Positions 9,686-17,859 are shown, counted from the stretch's first letter. The stretch: 62,248 nucleotides of DNA from a virus (IMGVR_UViG_3300028490_000008:1-62248); one strand, 5' to 3'. The notes: generated by a model from the letters alone, not told the origin. Numbers and translations: made by a program.

Positions 9686-10549
9686 TTATATCATCAATCC
9701 CGGCTCACCGAAGATCTCTTTCTTAATATGTTTTCTTGAACGCTTATAGTCGCTCACCTTTTTACGCTTGTCATTAATAAAGCTCTTCACACCAACGTAT
9801 CCTCCGCCGGCTAATATCCCAAGCCCTATAGCCTTGTTGGATATCATATGCTTTGAAGCGGCAGTCTTTTTCAACTCTTTGTCTTTAGACTTCTTTTTCA
9901 TGGTTTGGTTCATATACATGAGTGGCTCTATTGCTGATAGTCCCATCATACCTGCAGCCAGTAGCCCTGTACCATACTTGCGTGTCTTGAACATAGTTCC
10001 CATATTCTTAAACTCTCTACCTGTTGCATTCACTATCTTCTTTGGAGACACAATATTTTTAGCCATTTGTTTTGTGCCAAGCTTGCCTGCATTTCTCATT
10101 TGATCCATTGTATTCATGAATGCCCCAGTACCAAGAGTACCTGAGATTGCTGCAGGTGCGGCTATTGCTGCGAAGTGACCTGCATGGAATTGGTCATCGT
10201 TCTGATATTTCTCACTGGCTTTACCCACGAGGTATTCAGTAGGAAGAGTTACGGCAGTTCCTGCTAATGCACCAACTCCTAAGTTCTTCGCTACTCTCAT
10301 AGCCGACACACCTTTAGAGACTTTCTTCATATTGAGGAAACCTTTAGCTGTGTTCCTACCGTCGTATACAGGCTTGGCATTAAATGCAGCCGTTGCACCG
10401 GCAGACCATCCTGCTTGACTTAGTAGAGATGAGTCTGTGGGGTCGTTGTTTTTCTTCTTGATAACGTCAGGAACTCTACGGATAGCTTCTTCTGGAAGAC
10501 CATCGATTACTTGTCCTTGAACATGAGGGTTAGATAAAAGTCCAGCCAT
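9686..10549 (-). CDS. Lys/Gly/Ala-rich protein with hydrophobic Gly-rich segments and a KKTA motif (putative virion cargo)
   Basis: LGVGALAGTAV, GTGLLAAGMMGL, ELKKTAASK, IGLGILAGGG. Confidence 0.7.
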   Translation of the reverse strand: MAGLLSNPHVQGQVIDGLPEEAIRRVPDVIKKKNNDPTDSSLLSQAGWSAGATAAFNAKPVYDGRNTAKGFLNMKKVSKGVSAMRVAKNLGVGALAGTAVTLPTEYLVGKASEKYQNDDQFHAGHFAAIAAPAAISGTLGTGAFMNTMDQMRNAGKLGTKQMAKNIVSPKKIVNATGREFKNMGTMFKTRKYGTGLLAAGMMGLSAIEPLMYMNQTMKKKSKDKELKKTAASKHMISNKAIGLGILAGGGYVGVKSFINDKRKKVSDYKRSRKHIKKEIFGEPGLMI

Positions 10550-10558
10550 GATTACCTA

Positions 10559-11170
10559 CTAATAGTTTATTTTATCTATGATTATACCATATCTTTTAAG
10601 ACAAGACGAGGGGTCATCTTTACACTTGCCAAGAGTATGTAGCTTCCAATGTATAAAAGAGACAGAGAAAGCTAGACCCTTGTCCCCTTCTTTAGATGAT
10701 ACAAAAGCCCATCTATCGTAGAAGGAACACTCGTCTGTGATTGGGTTTTCTATGTGATGCCAGAGGGTGAGAGCCCCTGTTACATTTGTTGCTTTTATGA
10801 AGTCAAGACCTGGTAGTTTCTCAAGTCTTTTTAGTTCTGCTGCACACCAAGCTTTTTGGGCTAGGCTTAGTTTCATTTGTTTGTCGTTCAGTCGCCTGTT
10901 CATTACTGCCAAGAAGTCTTTGTCTTCTTTGCGTATTGATCCGAGCACGAGTATTCTTTCTACCCTATCAATATCAGACATGTCGAAACCATGGGTTCTT
11001 AACCACATCCTCTGTTCTAGGTTAGAAGAGATACTCCAGTTAGCAGGTCCGTACACTACGTCTGCCGAACCTTTATGCTTCACTCTGAAAGAGTATGCTG
11101 ATGAGTCTACTTTTCTTACACCGAAGAGAGCTGATGTGGCTGTACTGTATACGTTCTGGATGGAAAACAA
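10559..11170 (-). CDS. Hypothetical protein
   Basis: 203-aa ORF, TTG start with AAAGG upstream. Confidence 0.65.
   Translation of the reverse strand: MFSIQNVYSTATSALFGVRKVDSSAYSFRVKHKGSADVVYGPANWSISSNLEQRMWLRTHGFDMSDIDRVERILVLGSIRKEDKDFLAVMNRRLNDKQMKLSLAQKAWCAAELKRLEKLPGLDFIKATNVTGALTLWHHIENPITDECSFYDRWAFVSSKEGDKGLAFSVSFIHWKLHTLGKCKDDPSSCLKRYGIIIDKINY
10581..10589 (-). promoter_or_regulatory. Extended -10 promoter TGGTATAAT for the 9686-10549 gene
   Basis: Consensus match about 30 nt upstream of the ATG. Confidence 0.65.
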
Positions 11171-11288
11171 AGTGCAACCTTTACAAACTGGATATAAAAT
11201 AATACCTAAAGTTGCTTAATTAGGTTAGTGTTTATGTGTAAATATAGGAATTTGTGGTATAGGGAAGGGTGAAGAGAGACCTGAGCCT

Positions 11289-11573
11289 CTACTTCATTGT
11301 GTCTGGGAATACACCGAGTACGTTTTGTCCAAGAGCGAGGTCAAAAGTGAAGTCGTCAACCTCAACATTCTCTTCAACTGCCATGTTGTACATGATTAGG
11401 TCGCCCACTTTCATGTCAACGCTCATGTTCTCACCTAGTGCAACAACAATACCTCTTGCTGGATACTTCTGTTTGTTCGCAACCTCCACAATGATGCCAC
11501 TAGATCTAGCTTTCTCAACTACATGCTTGACAGCAACAATGTCTGGTCCTGGTTTAAATGGTAAATGTTCCAT
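11289..11573 (-). CDS. groES: GroES-like co-chaperonin
   Basis: FKPGPDIVAV...SSGII...GIVVALG...MKVGD.I...VLGV; ATG at 11573 with AAGGAG RBS (94 aa). Confidence 0.8.
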   Translation of the reverse strand: MEHLPFKPGPDIVAVKHVVEKARSSGIIVEVANKQKYPARGIVVALGENMSVDMKVGDLIMYNMAVEENVEVDDFTFDLALGQNVLGVFPDTMK

Positions 11574-11603
11574 CGTTATCTCCTTTTGGTTTTGATGAAA
11601 GGA

Positions 11604-11612
11604 AGTATACCA
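11604..11612 (-). promoter_or_regulatory. Extended -10 promoter TGGTATACT for the groES-like gene
   Basis: Consensus match 30 nt upstream of the ATG. Confidence 0.6.
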
Positions 11613-11622
11613 CAACTATCCC

Positions 11623-12045
11623 TTAACTTAGGTCATAGTAGTAATAGTCCACATCAATATCATTACCACTTGTTGTACCTACTAAGGTAAGAGTCTTGTT
11701 TGTGATGTTTACGTCTCTGTCTCCAGAACCGAAGAACTTATGCACGTATCCCTTACCGAACAATACTTGTCCTCCAAATGGAATATGACTGAGTGTAGCC
11801 ACCCCGTTGTTGAGGTTGATGTTCTCTTTCATATATTTTACCTTACTCATATCAAAAGTGGTGCTTGTTATTTGTTGAGTGTTCGTCCCAATCATATCGT
11901 GTAGTATCTTACCTTGCTTAGCCGACAATGCTTTGTTAGCATCTGTACTATTTAGGTGGTCTACAATGTGTGAAGGTGTGAGTTTAGATCCGAGTGTCGA
12001 GAATAGTTCTTTTACAAATGCCATTCTTCTTCTGTGTACTGCCAT
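11623..12045 (-). CDS. Putative virion beta-strand protein
   Basis: AAGGAG RBS, GCTATAAT at 12071-12078; TLSHIPFGG domain resembles the 34790 protein. Confidence 0.7.
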   Translation of the reverse strand: MAVHRRRMAFVKELFSTLGSKLTPSHIVDHLNSTDANKALSAKQGKILHDMIGTNTQQITSTTFDMSKVKYMKENINLNNGVATLSHIPFGGQVLFGKGYVHKFFGSGDRDVNITNKTLTLVGTTSGNDIDVDYYYYDLS

Positions 12046-12087
12046 AAATATCTCCTTGTTTGAATGAGAGATTATAGCTAAAATGGG

Positions 12088-12285
12088 TCAAGATAGTATA
12101 GAGTGATGGTTATGGATAGGAAACAGTATGTCTAAGAATGTGAGTATTGTAAGAGTAATAAATAGGATTGGCCACACTGTCACAATGAGAGTGAGTGTTG
12201 CTGAAGGGAATTCTTGTTGTGTTGCAATGTATATAAAGAAGAGGACTATGGCTACGACAACCCAGATACAAAACATCGAATTCAT
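12088..12285 (-). CDS. Small membrane protein (two hydrophobic segments)
   Basis: AGGAGG RBS; TGCTATAAT at 12311-12319. Confidence 0.7.
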   Translation of the reverse strand: MNSMFCIWVVVAIVLFFIYIATQQEFPSATLTLIVTVWPILFITLTILTFLDILFPIHNHHSILS

Positions 12286-12376
12286 ATAAGCCTCCTACTT
12301 TTCTTGAGGTATTATAGCATGAAATCACTAAAAAGCAATAAGCTTTATGTTAAGATATCGCCAAAGGAAGGTGTAG

Positions 12377-12613
12377 ATGACAGATTTTACAGTGTGCTTC
12401 GTAGCACTAGACGAGAAGCAAGAGTTTAAATATATAGCACATATCATGTATGGACAAAGGTTTCCTGTTCACAATCGTAAGGACATTGTAGATCTTTGTG
12501 CTGCAATGAACAAATTGTCAGAAGAACCAGTGACTTACGTAGATGTATTTCATGTGTTAGATGAGTATGGTAAGACAGTATGGATGGAGAGCGAAGTACA
12601 ACCTATTGACTAA
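12377..12613 (+). CDS. Hypothetical protein
   Basis: TGTTAAGAT at 12348-12356 and purine-rich RBS. Confidence 0.65.
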   Translation: MTDFTVCFVALDEKQEFKYIAHIMYGQRFPVHNRKDIVDLCAAMNKLSEEPVTYVDVFHVLDEYGKTVWMESEVQPID

Positions 12614-12635
12614 TTTATGAAAACTACGCTATGAT
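12606..12635 (+). promoter_or_regulatory. Sigma70-type promoter TTGACT-N18-TATGAT
   Basis: Followed by a hairpin series rather than an ORF. Confidence 0.55.
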
Positions 12636-12641
12636 TGCAGT

Positions 12642-12786
12642 GCGTGTAACCCACGCCACCAGAAATGGTGTTGACCTTGTGTCATGCAGACTGTGTTCTC
12701 CCCTCAGTTCATGGTCTGCACTCCTTATACAATTTATCCAAGAATTTTTGCAAACTTATAGGGGTGGGAAACTGCCTCTATATTTC
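12642..12786 (+). ncRNA. Candidate sRNA-1 (about 145 nt, five hairpins)
   Basis: Stems GCGTG/CACGC, CACCA-GAAA-TGGTG, TGAC/GTCA, TGCAGACTGTG/CATGGTCTGCA, TATAGGGGTGG-GAAA-CTGCCTCTATA; G-U pairs fit only the + strand. Confidence 0.55.
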
Positions 12787-13422
12787 CCCTTGTAGCTCAA
12801 TCAGCTCAGCCAACAACTCATCCACTTCTCTATGATGTTCAACTATCTTAAGCTCAAGAGTCATTGCTTTTATAATTACAGTGGGGTTTAGTATCTCTTC
12901 CGGAATAGGAATACTCTTGATAAAGTCAATGTCTCCTATGTCTGTATTGTTTACACCAAGCTCCCAGTTGATTGCATCAATTACTTTTGGCGATCTTAGC
13001 CACATAGATATACTTGTAGCTGTTGCGATATCCTTACACTTGAAGTATTTGTAGTTCGTACCTGTTAGTGTAGGCACATCATCAATAGGGATAAACCTAA
13101 ACGCTCCGATGAATGGAGATAGTGCAGGAAGCACAACACAGTTCTGGTCTATTGCTTTGTTAGCCATGTACTCAGGTGTGTATTCAAACTCTTCTACTTT
13201 GGCAGCAGACACATTCATGTATGTAGGAGTGAAACACTTATAGTCAAGCACTCTAAACATACCAACTCTCGTCACTCTTATACCTCTCTTCTTTCTTGAC
13301 AGTTCACGCAATACAACGTCGTACTTTTTCATGAACACACCAATGCTCATTAGAGATATACCCCTACTGTGAAACTCTCTCTTTAATTCAGCAAACGAGT
13401 TGCTTTCGGGTTGTCTATACAT
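12778..13422 (-). CDS. Type I R-M specificity subunit (HsdS)-like half protein, one TRD plus helix
   Basis: MWLRSPKV..I...G....I.DIDFIKSIPIP followed by a coiled-coil-like helix; ATG at 13422 with AAGGA RBS. Confidence 0.5.
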   Translation of the reverse strand: MYRQPESNSFAELKREFHSRGISLMSIGVFMKKYDVVLRELSRKKRGIRVTRVGMFRVLDYKCFTPTYMNVSAAKVEEFEYTPEYMANKAIDQNCVVLPALSPFIGAFRFIPIDDVPTLTGTNYKYFKCKDIATATSISMWLRSPKVIDAINWELGVNNTDIGDIDFIKSIPIPEEILNPTVIIKAMTLELKIVEHHREVDELLAELIELQGEI

Positions 13423-13442
13423 GCTTATTCCTTTTCTCTTGG

Positions 13443-13533
13443 GTGTACGATATGGTATCGCCATTGCTAAGTACAATATAGTATCGTACACTTTGGTTGC
13501 TTAATTTAGACTGTACGTGGTAGTATCGTACAG
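13443..13533. promoter_or_regulatory. Operator-like inverted and direct repeats upstream of the HsdS-like gene
   Basis: IR GTGTACGATA 13443-52 / TATCGTACAC 13482-91; DR TAGTATCGTACA at 13479 and 13521; IR CTGTACG/CGTACAG 13511-13533. Confidence 0.5.
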
Positions 13534-13949
13534 GTAACGGAGATACAGAAACCCTCGTATTCATATGGTCAAGTTCACAACAGTACAGTAGTAAAGACAC
13601 ACTATAGAGATACAACACCCAAGAGACAAGACATAAGTACAGAGATGAAAGTATAAACACGAAGTGGTATTGTAAAGGTTTCATGGATCGGTGATTGCAT
13701 AAAGTGAGAGAATAATGGATGTTAAGAGTGTTGAGGGTGAGAGTCCAACTCGTGAACAAACTCGTGAAAGTGGAGCCCTTACGTGTGGGCAGACGCACCG
13801 CTCAAGAGCAGGGCAGGCTCCTATGTCTAGTTAAACCGTTGTGGGCTATTAACCTTCCATGTTGGTATTGTAGCTTGTTTGTCTTATATATGCAAGTATA
13901 GTAATTGTATGTGTTGTGGTTACAGTGTGTATTGATACGAATGTTTTGG

Positions 13950-14092
13950 AGGGAAGTAAGTAGGCGGATGAGCACCTACTTACAAAAGGAGGTAAAGTGT
14001 TAAACTTTGGGTTTCGTACTTGAAGTGGAAAGAGACTTCGTATACTGGAGTGTAATAGTTATTACTACAACCCTGCGAGCTTTTTACTCGAC
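13950..14092 (-). ncRNA. Candidate sRNA-2 (about 140 nt) with anti-SD ACCUCCUUUU
   Basis: Starts about 7 nt after TGCTATACT; four short hairpins, anti-SD, then a 9-bp stem GTAAGTAGG/CCTACTTAC. Confidence 0.5.
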
Positions 14093-14098
14093 GGGAGA

Positions 14099-14107
14099 AG
14101 TATAGCA
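14099..14107 (-). promoter_or_regulatory. Extended -10 promoter TGCTATACT
   Basis: Same motif class as the other promoters; no ORF downstream. Confidence 0.55.
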
Positions 14108-14120
14108 ATGTGAAGCTTAA

Positions 14121-14180
14121 ACTTTGTTGTACTTTGATGAACTCTGCTGAACTTTGCTGGAACTTACTGGACTACAGTGG
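14121..14180. repeat. Six degenerate 10-bp tandem units (ACTTTGCTGR-like)
   Basis: actttgttgt actttgatga actctgctga actttgctgg aacttactgg actacagtgg. Confidence 0.75.
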
Positions 14181-14260
14181 TCTCTTGAAGATGCTCGTAA
14201 AAATAAGAGTGGCTAGTGTAGGGAGGTGAATGCGATTGTACCCCATAGTGGAATACAATG

Positions 14261-14431
14261 CTACTTGGAACAGAACGAAGAGAATGGTGGGATGATCTTT
14301 TTACTCAGTGCGAACATACATGCAACCTTTGCAAGCATGAGTAAGCATACGGTTAAGACTATGATGCCTCCTATAAGGACAACGAACATCATAACAGAAG
14401 ATGCTACTAAGAGCTGAGTAAAGTCAGACAT
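14261..14431 (-). CDS. Small hydrophobic membrane protein (56 aa; absent from the ORF track)
   Basis: MSDFTQLLVASSVMMFVVLIGGIIVLTVCLLMLAKV...; TAATG overlap with the upstream stop. Confidence 0.55.
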   Translation of the reverse strand: MSDFTQLLVASSVMMFVVLIGGIIVLTVCLLMLAKVACMFALSKKIIPPFSSFCSK

Positions 14432-14664
14432 TAGAACTTCTTCTTGCGTTGACCCTGCATACCGACTCTTGGTGCACGGTATGGTTTAGCGATAGCTTTA
14501 GTGAAACGAGCACTCTTGGATTGTGGCTTACGTTGGTACTCTGAGTAAGTCTTAGCCTCTTTGTCTACGTTGATGTTGTTACCTGGTTCAACCTCTATCT
14601 GGTCTCTACCATCTGGTTGAGTCTTTACATTCTTGCGACAAGACTTCTTTACACTCTTTTTCAT
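14431..14664 (-). CDS. Small basic protein
   Basis: K/R-rich; AAAGG RBS; TGTTATAAT at 14696-14704. Confidence 0.7.
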   Translation of the reverse strand: MKKSVKKSCRKNVKTQPDGRDQIEVEPGNNINVDKEAKTYSEYQRKPQSKSARFTKAIAKPYRAPRVGMQGQRKKKF

Positions 14665-14695
14665 AGCGTATACCTTTCTGTAATTGATTTCTTGT

Positions 14696-14743
14696 ATTAT
14701 AACAGACTAGGCTGTAAAAAGCTACAGCTAAAAATGGTATACT
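14696..14743. promoter_or_regulatory. Divergent promoter pair: TGTTATAAT (-) and TGGTATACT (+)
   Basis: 14696-14704 on minus and 14735-14743 on plus, each upstream of a gene start. Confidence 0.65.
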
Positions 14744-14770
14744 TACAAACAAAACAAGGAGGATGCACGT

Positions 14771-15880
14771 ATGATAGGCGAACCAAAGACACTTAGGCAC
14801 CTGATAGAGAATGCGAATGAAGGCTATGCAGTATCCGTAGTAGTAAGTACACGGTTTAGTGATGATGATATAGTCAAGAGGAAAGTGGGAGGGTTCAAGA
14901 AAGTGAACGACTACTTGTATCAGTGGTGGACAGGCAGTAAGTGGAAAGCTGTAGATGGATGTCTCCGTGATTTGTCTAAGTATTTTCAGGTAGACAACAA
15001 AGGGTACAAGATGCTCACCGGTGAATGGCCTTCTGATAAAGTGCAACGCAAGCTTGTGTTTAAGAATACAGCTCAAGGGTTTCATGATGTAGCTGTCTCA
15101 AGAGAGTGGACTCAAGGCAACAAGTCCGAAAAGAGAGTTGAGGTCAGAGTGTATCGAGACACAAAGAAGATGAACCATGCATCAGGAATATACATAGAGC
15201 TTGAGCAGATGCTTAAGGCTGAAGGTGTTGAGATGATTGTGCCAGAGTTTACAACCGCACCTCTTAAGAATATTGCAGACATGCTTATCGTTAAAGGTCA
15301 CAAGATTGAGGTGTTTGAGATAAAGAGCAAGGCTGACACATTTAAGAGGCTCGAAGCACAACTCACTGACTACAAGAGATATGCTGATAGAGTATGGGTG
15401 GTGATAGATGTTGCACTGACTAAGAAGTTTAATGCTTTTTGGGATAAGCATGCAGATCTTGTGTCTGGTGTTGGTGTATTGTTTTATGATGATGGGAAGC
15501 TCACTGTTGATACTATTGCTCAACTGAGTATGCCTACAATATCATTCCTTGACACACTTTGGGCAATAGAGAAAGAGAGCATACTGTTCGGACTAGGGTT
15601 GCCACACTCAAGTAGAACAAAAGATGGCAGTAGAGATGATCGTATTAAGAATGTGTGCCTCAATTCAGACAGTAGAGTAAATGAGATATCACGTATCGTA
15701 TTGATGTCAAGAATACAGAACTTTGCATCAGGTCTACACCCTACAAGAACAAGCACACCACTAGATAAATGTGCAGGGCAGATCAGTCTGTATAAACTAA
15801 ATCTCATAGTGTATGGACAAACACATGCAGAACAATACAAGCAAGAGCACATACAAGAACTTCCTAATTGCAATCTCTAG
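14771..15880 (+). CDS. PD-(D/E)XK nuclease-like protein (sce7726-like central domain)
   Basis: IADML...FEIKSKADTFKRLEAQLTDYKRYADRVWVV; AGGAGG RBS. Confidence 0.7.
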   Translation: MIGEPKTLRHLIENANEGYAVSVVVSTRFSDDDIVKRKVGGFKKVNDYLYQWWTGSKWKAVDGCLRDLSKYFQVDNKGYKMLTGEWPSDKVQRKLVFKNTAQGFHDVAVSREWTQGNKSEKRVEVRVYRDTKKMNHASGIYIELEQMLKAEGVEMIVPEFTTAPLKNIADMLIVKGHKIEVFEIKSKADTFKRLEAQLTDYKRYADRVWVVIDVALTKKFNAFWDKHADLVSGVGVLFYDDGKLTVDTIAQLSMPTISFLDTLWAIEKESILFGLGLPHSSRTKDGSRDDRIKNVCLNSDSRVNEISRIVLMSRIQNFASGLHPTRTSTPLDKCAGQISLYKLNLIVYGQTHAEQYKQEHIQELPNCNL

Positions 15881-15902
15881 TGTTAGATTTATGATTTAAT
15901 TT

Positions 15903-15911
15903 TGTTATAAT
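15903..15911 (+). promoter_or_regulatory. Extended -10 promoter TGTTATAAT for the putative head module
   Basis: Consensus match with T-rich upstream sequence. Confidence 0.65.
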
Positions 15912-15962
15912 AGCGGAACATGTATTGGCCAATACATCTACAAACACAACTGAAGGAATGAC

Positions 15963-17153
15963 ATGAAAGTCTCAAAACACGTAGATTTCGACAGTTTACT
16001 AAGTGGAACAGCATCGATTGAGAAGATAGCTGAAGCCCTAGATAACGGTGAACTGAACAAGCAAGCAGAACCAGACAATAAGAAGGGTAGTGGTGCATCT
16101 GATGCAGCCGAAACTCTAGCTACAGGAGCAGCCGTTGCCGGTGGTGCATCATACTTAAGTAACAAGAAGTCTACCAAGGCTGTTCGTAAGTTTCAGAAGC
16201 ATGAAGAGTCCAAGCTACACAATAGAGTAGGTAAGGCAATCGGTAAAGGATCTAAAACTGTAGGTAAGCTTGCTCGTAAAGCAGGTAGAAAGCTCACTCT
16301 CCGTGACCTTAAAGGCGAGAAGCTTTTAGAGAATGCACGTAATGCTAGTGACTCTGCAAAGAGAACTGGTAAACTTGGATTAGGTATGGCTGCAGGTGCA
16401 GTTGGGCTTAAGGCATACAGTGATTACCAGAAGGGTCAAGAGAAGACTGCAAGCGAAGAAAATATTCGTGGCGAGATTGCCAATGAGGTAACACGTGAGG
16501 CAACACCTGAAGGTGGAGCTAGAAAACGTGGTAAAGAGGGTGCCTTAGTTGGTGCTCTTGCAGGTTTCGCACATGGTGCAAGCAAGAAGGGTGGACTCAC
16601 ATCTCCTAAAGCAAGAATGCTTAAGGGTGCATGGCATGGTACAGCAGGAGCTGTATGGGGTGGTGGTGCTGCCGGTGCTGCTACTTATGCAAAGAAGAAA
16701 GTTATGCCTGATACTGCAGAAGATATGCAACGCTCATTTGAGAAGAAGCTAGAGAAGAGAGCAGGTCTTGCACACATTGGTGATGTAAGTCTTGTATCTG
16801 ATATGTCTGGTATATACGATAAAGAAGCAAACATCACTGCAGTAGCAAAAACTGTTGCCAGAAAGTCTGTTAAGAAGAAGAGTTTTATAGATAGACCCAT
16901 CGACATGACGACTAAGCCTGTTAAGGCAGCAAAGTCAACAGCAGATGACGCTACTGTGTTTCACTCAAGCTCAGGGAAGTCAACTAGCTTGAAAGATGCA
17001 GTCAAGGGTCATGACGTTGCAGTTGCAGGGATAAAGAACAACTCTAACTGGCAGAAGTCATACATAAACAATGGTGCCGCATTCACACGGTCTGCTAGAA
17101 AATTCGGTGCACCGTTCGGTAAAGACAGCTTCTTAAACAAGAAGGTGTTCTAA
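15963..17153 (+). CDS. Lys/Gly/Ala-rich putative virion polyprotein with repeated K-x-A motifs
   Basis: EKIA, NKQA, EKTA, EKRA, DKEA separate cationic Gly-zipper modules. Confidence 0.7.
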   Translation: MKVSKHVDFDSLLSGTASIEKIAEALDNGELNKQAEPDNKKGSGASDAAETLATGAAVAGGASYLSNKKSTKAVRKFQKHEESKLHNRVGKAIGKGSKTVGKLARKAGRKLTLRDLKGEKLLENARNASDSAKRTGKLGLGMAAGAVGLKAYSDYQKGQEKTASEENIRGEIANEVTREATPEGGARKRGKEGALVGALAGFAHGASKKGGLTSPKARMLKGAWHGTAGAVWGGGAAGAATYAKKKVMPDTAEDMQRSFEKKLEKRAGLAHIGDVSLVSDMSGIYDKEANITAVAKTVARKSVKKKSFIDRPIDMTTKPVKAAKSTADDATVFHSSSGKSTSLKDAVKGHDVAVAGIKNNSNWQKSYINNGAAFTRSARKFGAPFGKDSFLNKKVF

Positions 17154-17419
17154 TGGATAAGGTAGCACAACCCAAATGGGCAAAGGAAGCAGTGAAACAT
17201 GTAATGAATGGTCGGTTTGGTAAAGCAAACAAGATCGTCAAGAATGTACGTAAGGGTATGAGTGAAGGCTCTACTCTCAATGTAACAAATGTAATCGCAG
17301 CAAAGAAAACAGCCAAAGGTACAAACCTACCATCTAAGATGACTCTTGGTGATGAGCGTAGACGTATCGCTAAAAAGAAGAGCGTGAAGAAACTGTTCAT
17401 CTCTGATAAGGTTAGGTAG
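17153..17419 (+). CDS. Small highly basic protein (MDKVA start)
   Basis: TAATG coupling; Lys-rich. Confidence 0.75.
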   Translation: MDKVAQPKWAKEAVKHVMNGRFGKANKIVKNVRKGMSEGSTLNVTNVIAAKKTAKGTNLPSKMTLGDERRRIAKKKSVKKLFISDKVR

Positions 17420-17423
17420 CACA

Positions 17424-17858
17424 ATGATAACCAAGATAGCAGGCGTTAGTTCAGCAGTGCTACGAGGTGTCAAGCTTGGTAATGGTAGAACCGGCAAGCT
17501 TAACCCTAGAAGTAAGTATGTGAATGCCAGAGCTTTTGCAAAAGAAGACGGCAAGACATACGCAAAGCATACAGGCAAGGCAGTCAAAGAGAGTGCTAAG
17601 CCAACAGGCAAATTCACTAAGTTCGTAAACATGTTTGGAGGTAAGACAACTTCTCAAGCCTCTATACATGAGAGTAAGACTATTGCATCTAAAGCTATGC
17701 GTAGTGGTAAGGAAGCAAAACAAGCAGCAACAGACACTCTAGCTAAGATCAAGCCCAACAAGGGTGGGTTCAAGGCATTCAGCAAAAAGCAAGAAGCACT
17801 CAAGCCTCATACTGGTAAGATGACTCTTTCACAATACAAAAAGAATAAAGGACTATAA
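17424..17858 (+). CDS. Highly basic protein (MITKIA start)
   Basis: Lys-rich; in operon. Confidence 0.75.
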   Translation: MITKIAGVSSAVLRGVKLGNGRTGKLNPRSKYVNARAFAKEDGKTYAKHTGKAVKESAKPTGKFTKFVNMFGGKTTSQASIHESKTIASKAMRSGKEAKQAATDTLAKIKPNKGGFKAFSKKQEALKPHTGKMTLSQYKKNKGL

Positions 17859-17859
17859 C

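Noticed and set aside
12642-12722. tRNA
   Set aside because: Hairpins are serial, with no TTC T-loop, D-loop GG or acceptor stem with CCA
13415-13901. ORFs 13415-13798 (-) and 13719-13901 (+)
   Set aside because: No convincing RBS, atypical composition, and they overlap repeat and palindrome elements
14121-14180. CRISPR array
   Set aside because: Units are 10 bp, degenerate and have no spacers; no cas genes seen
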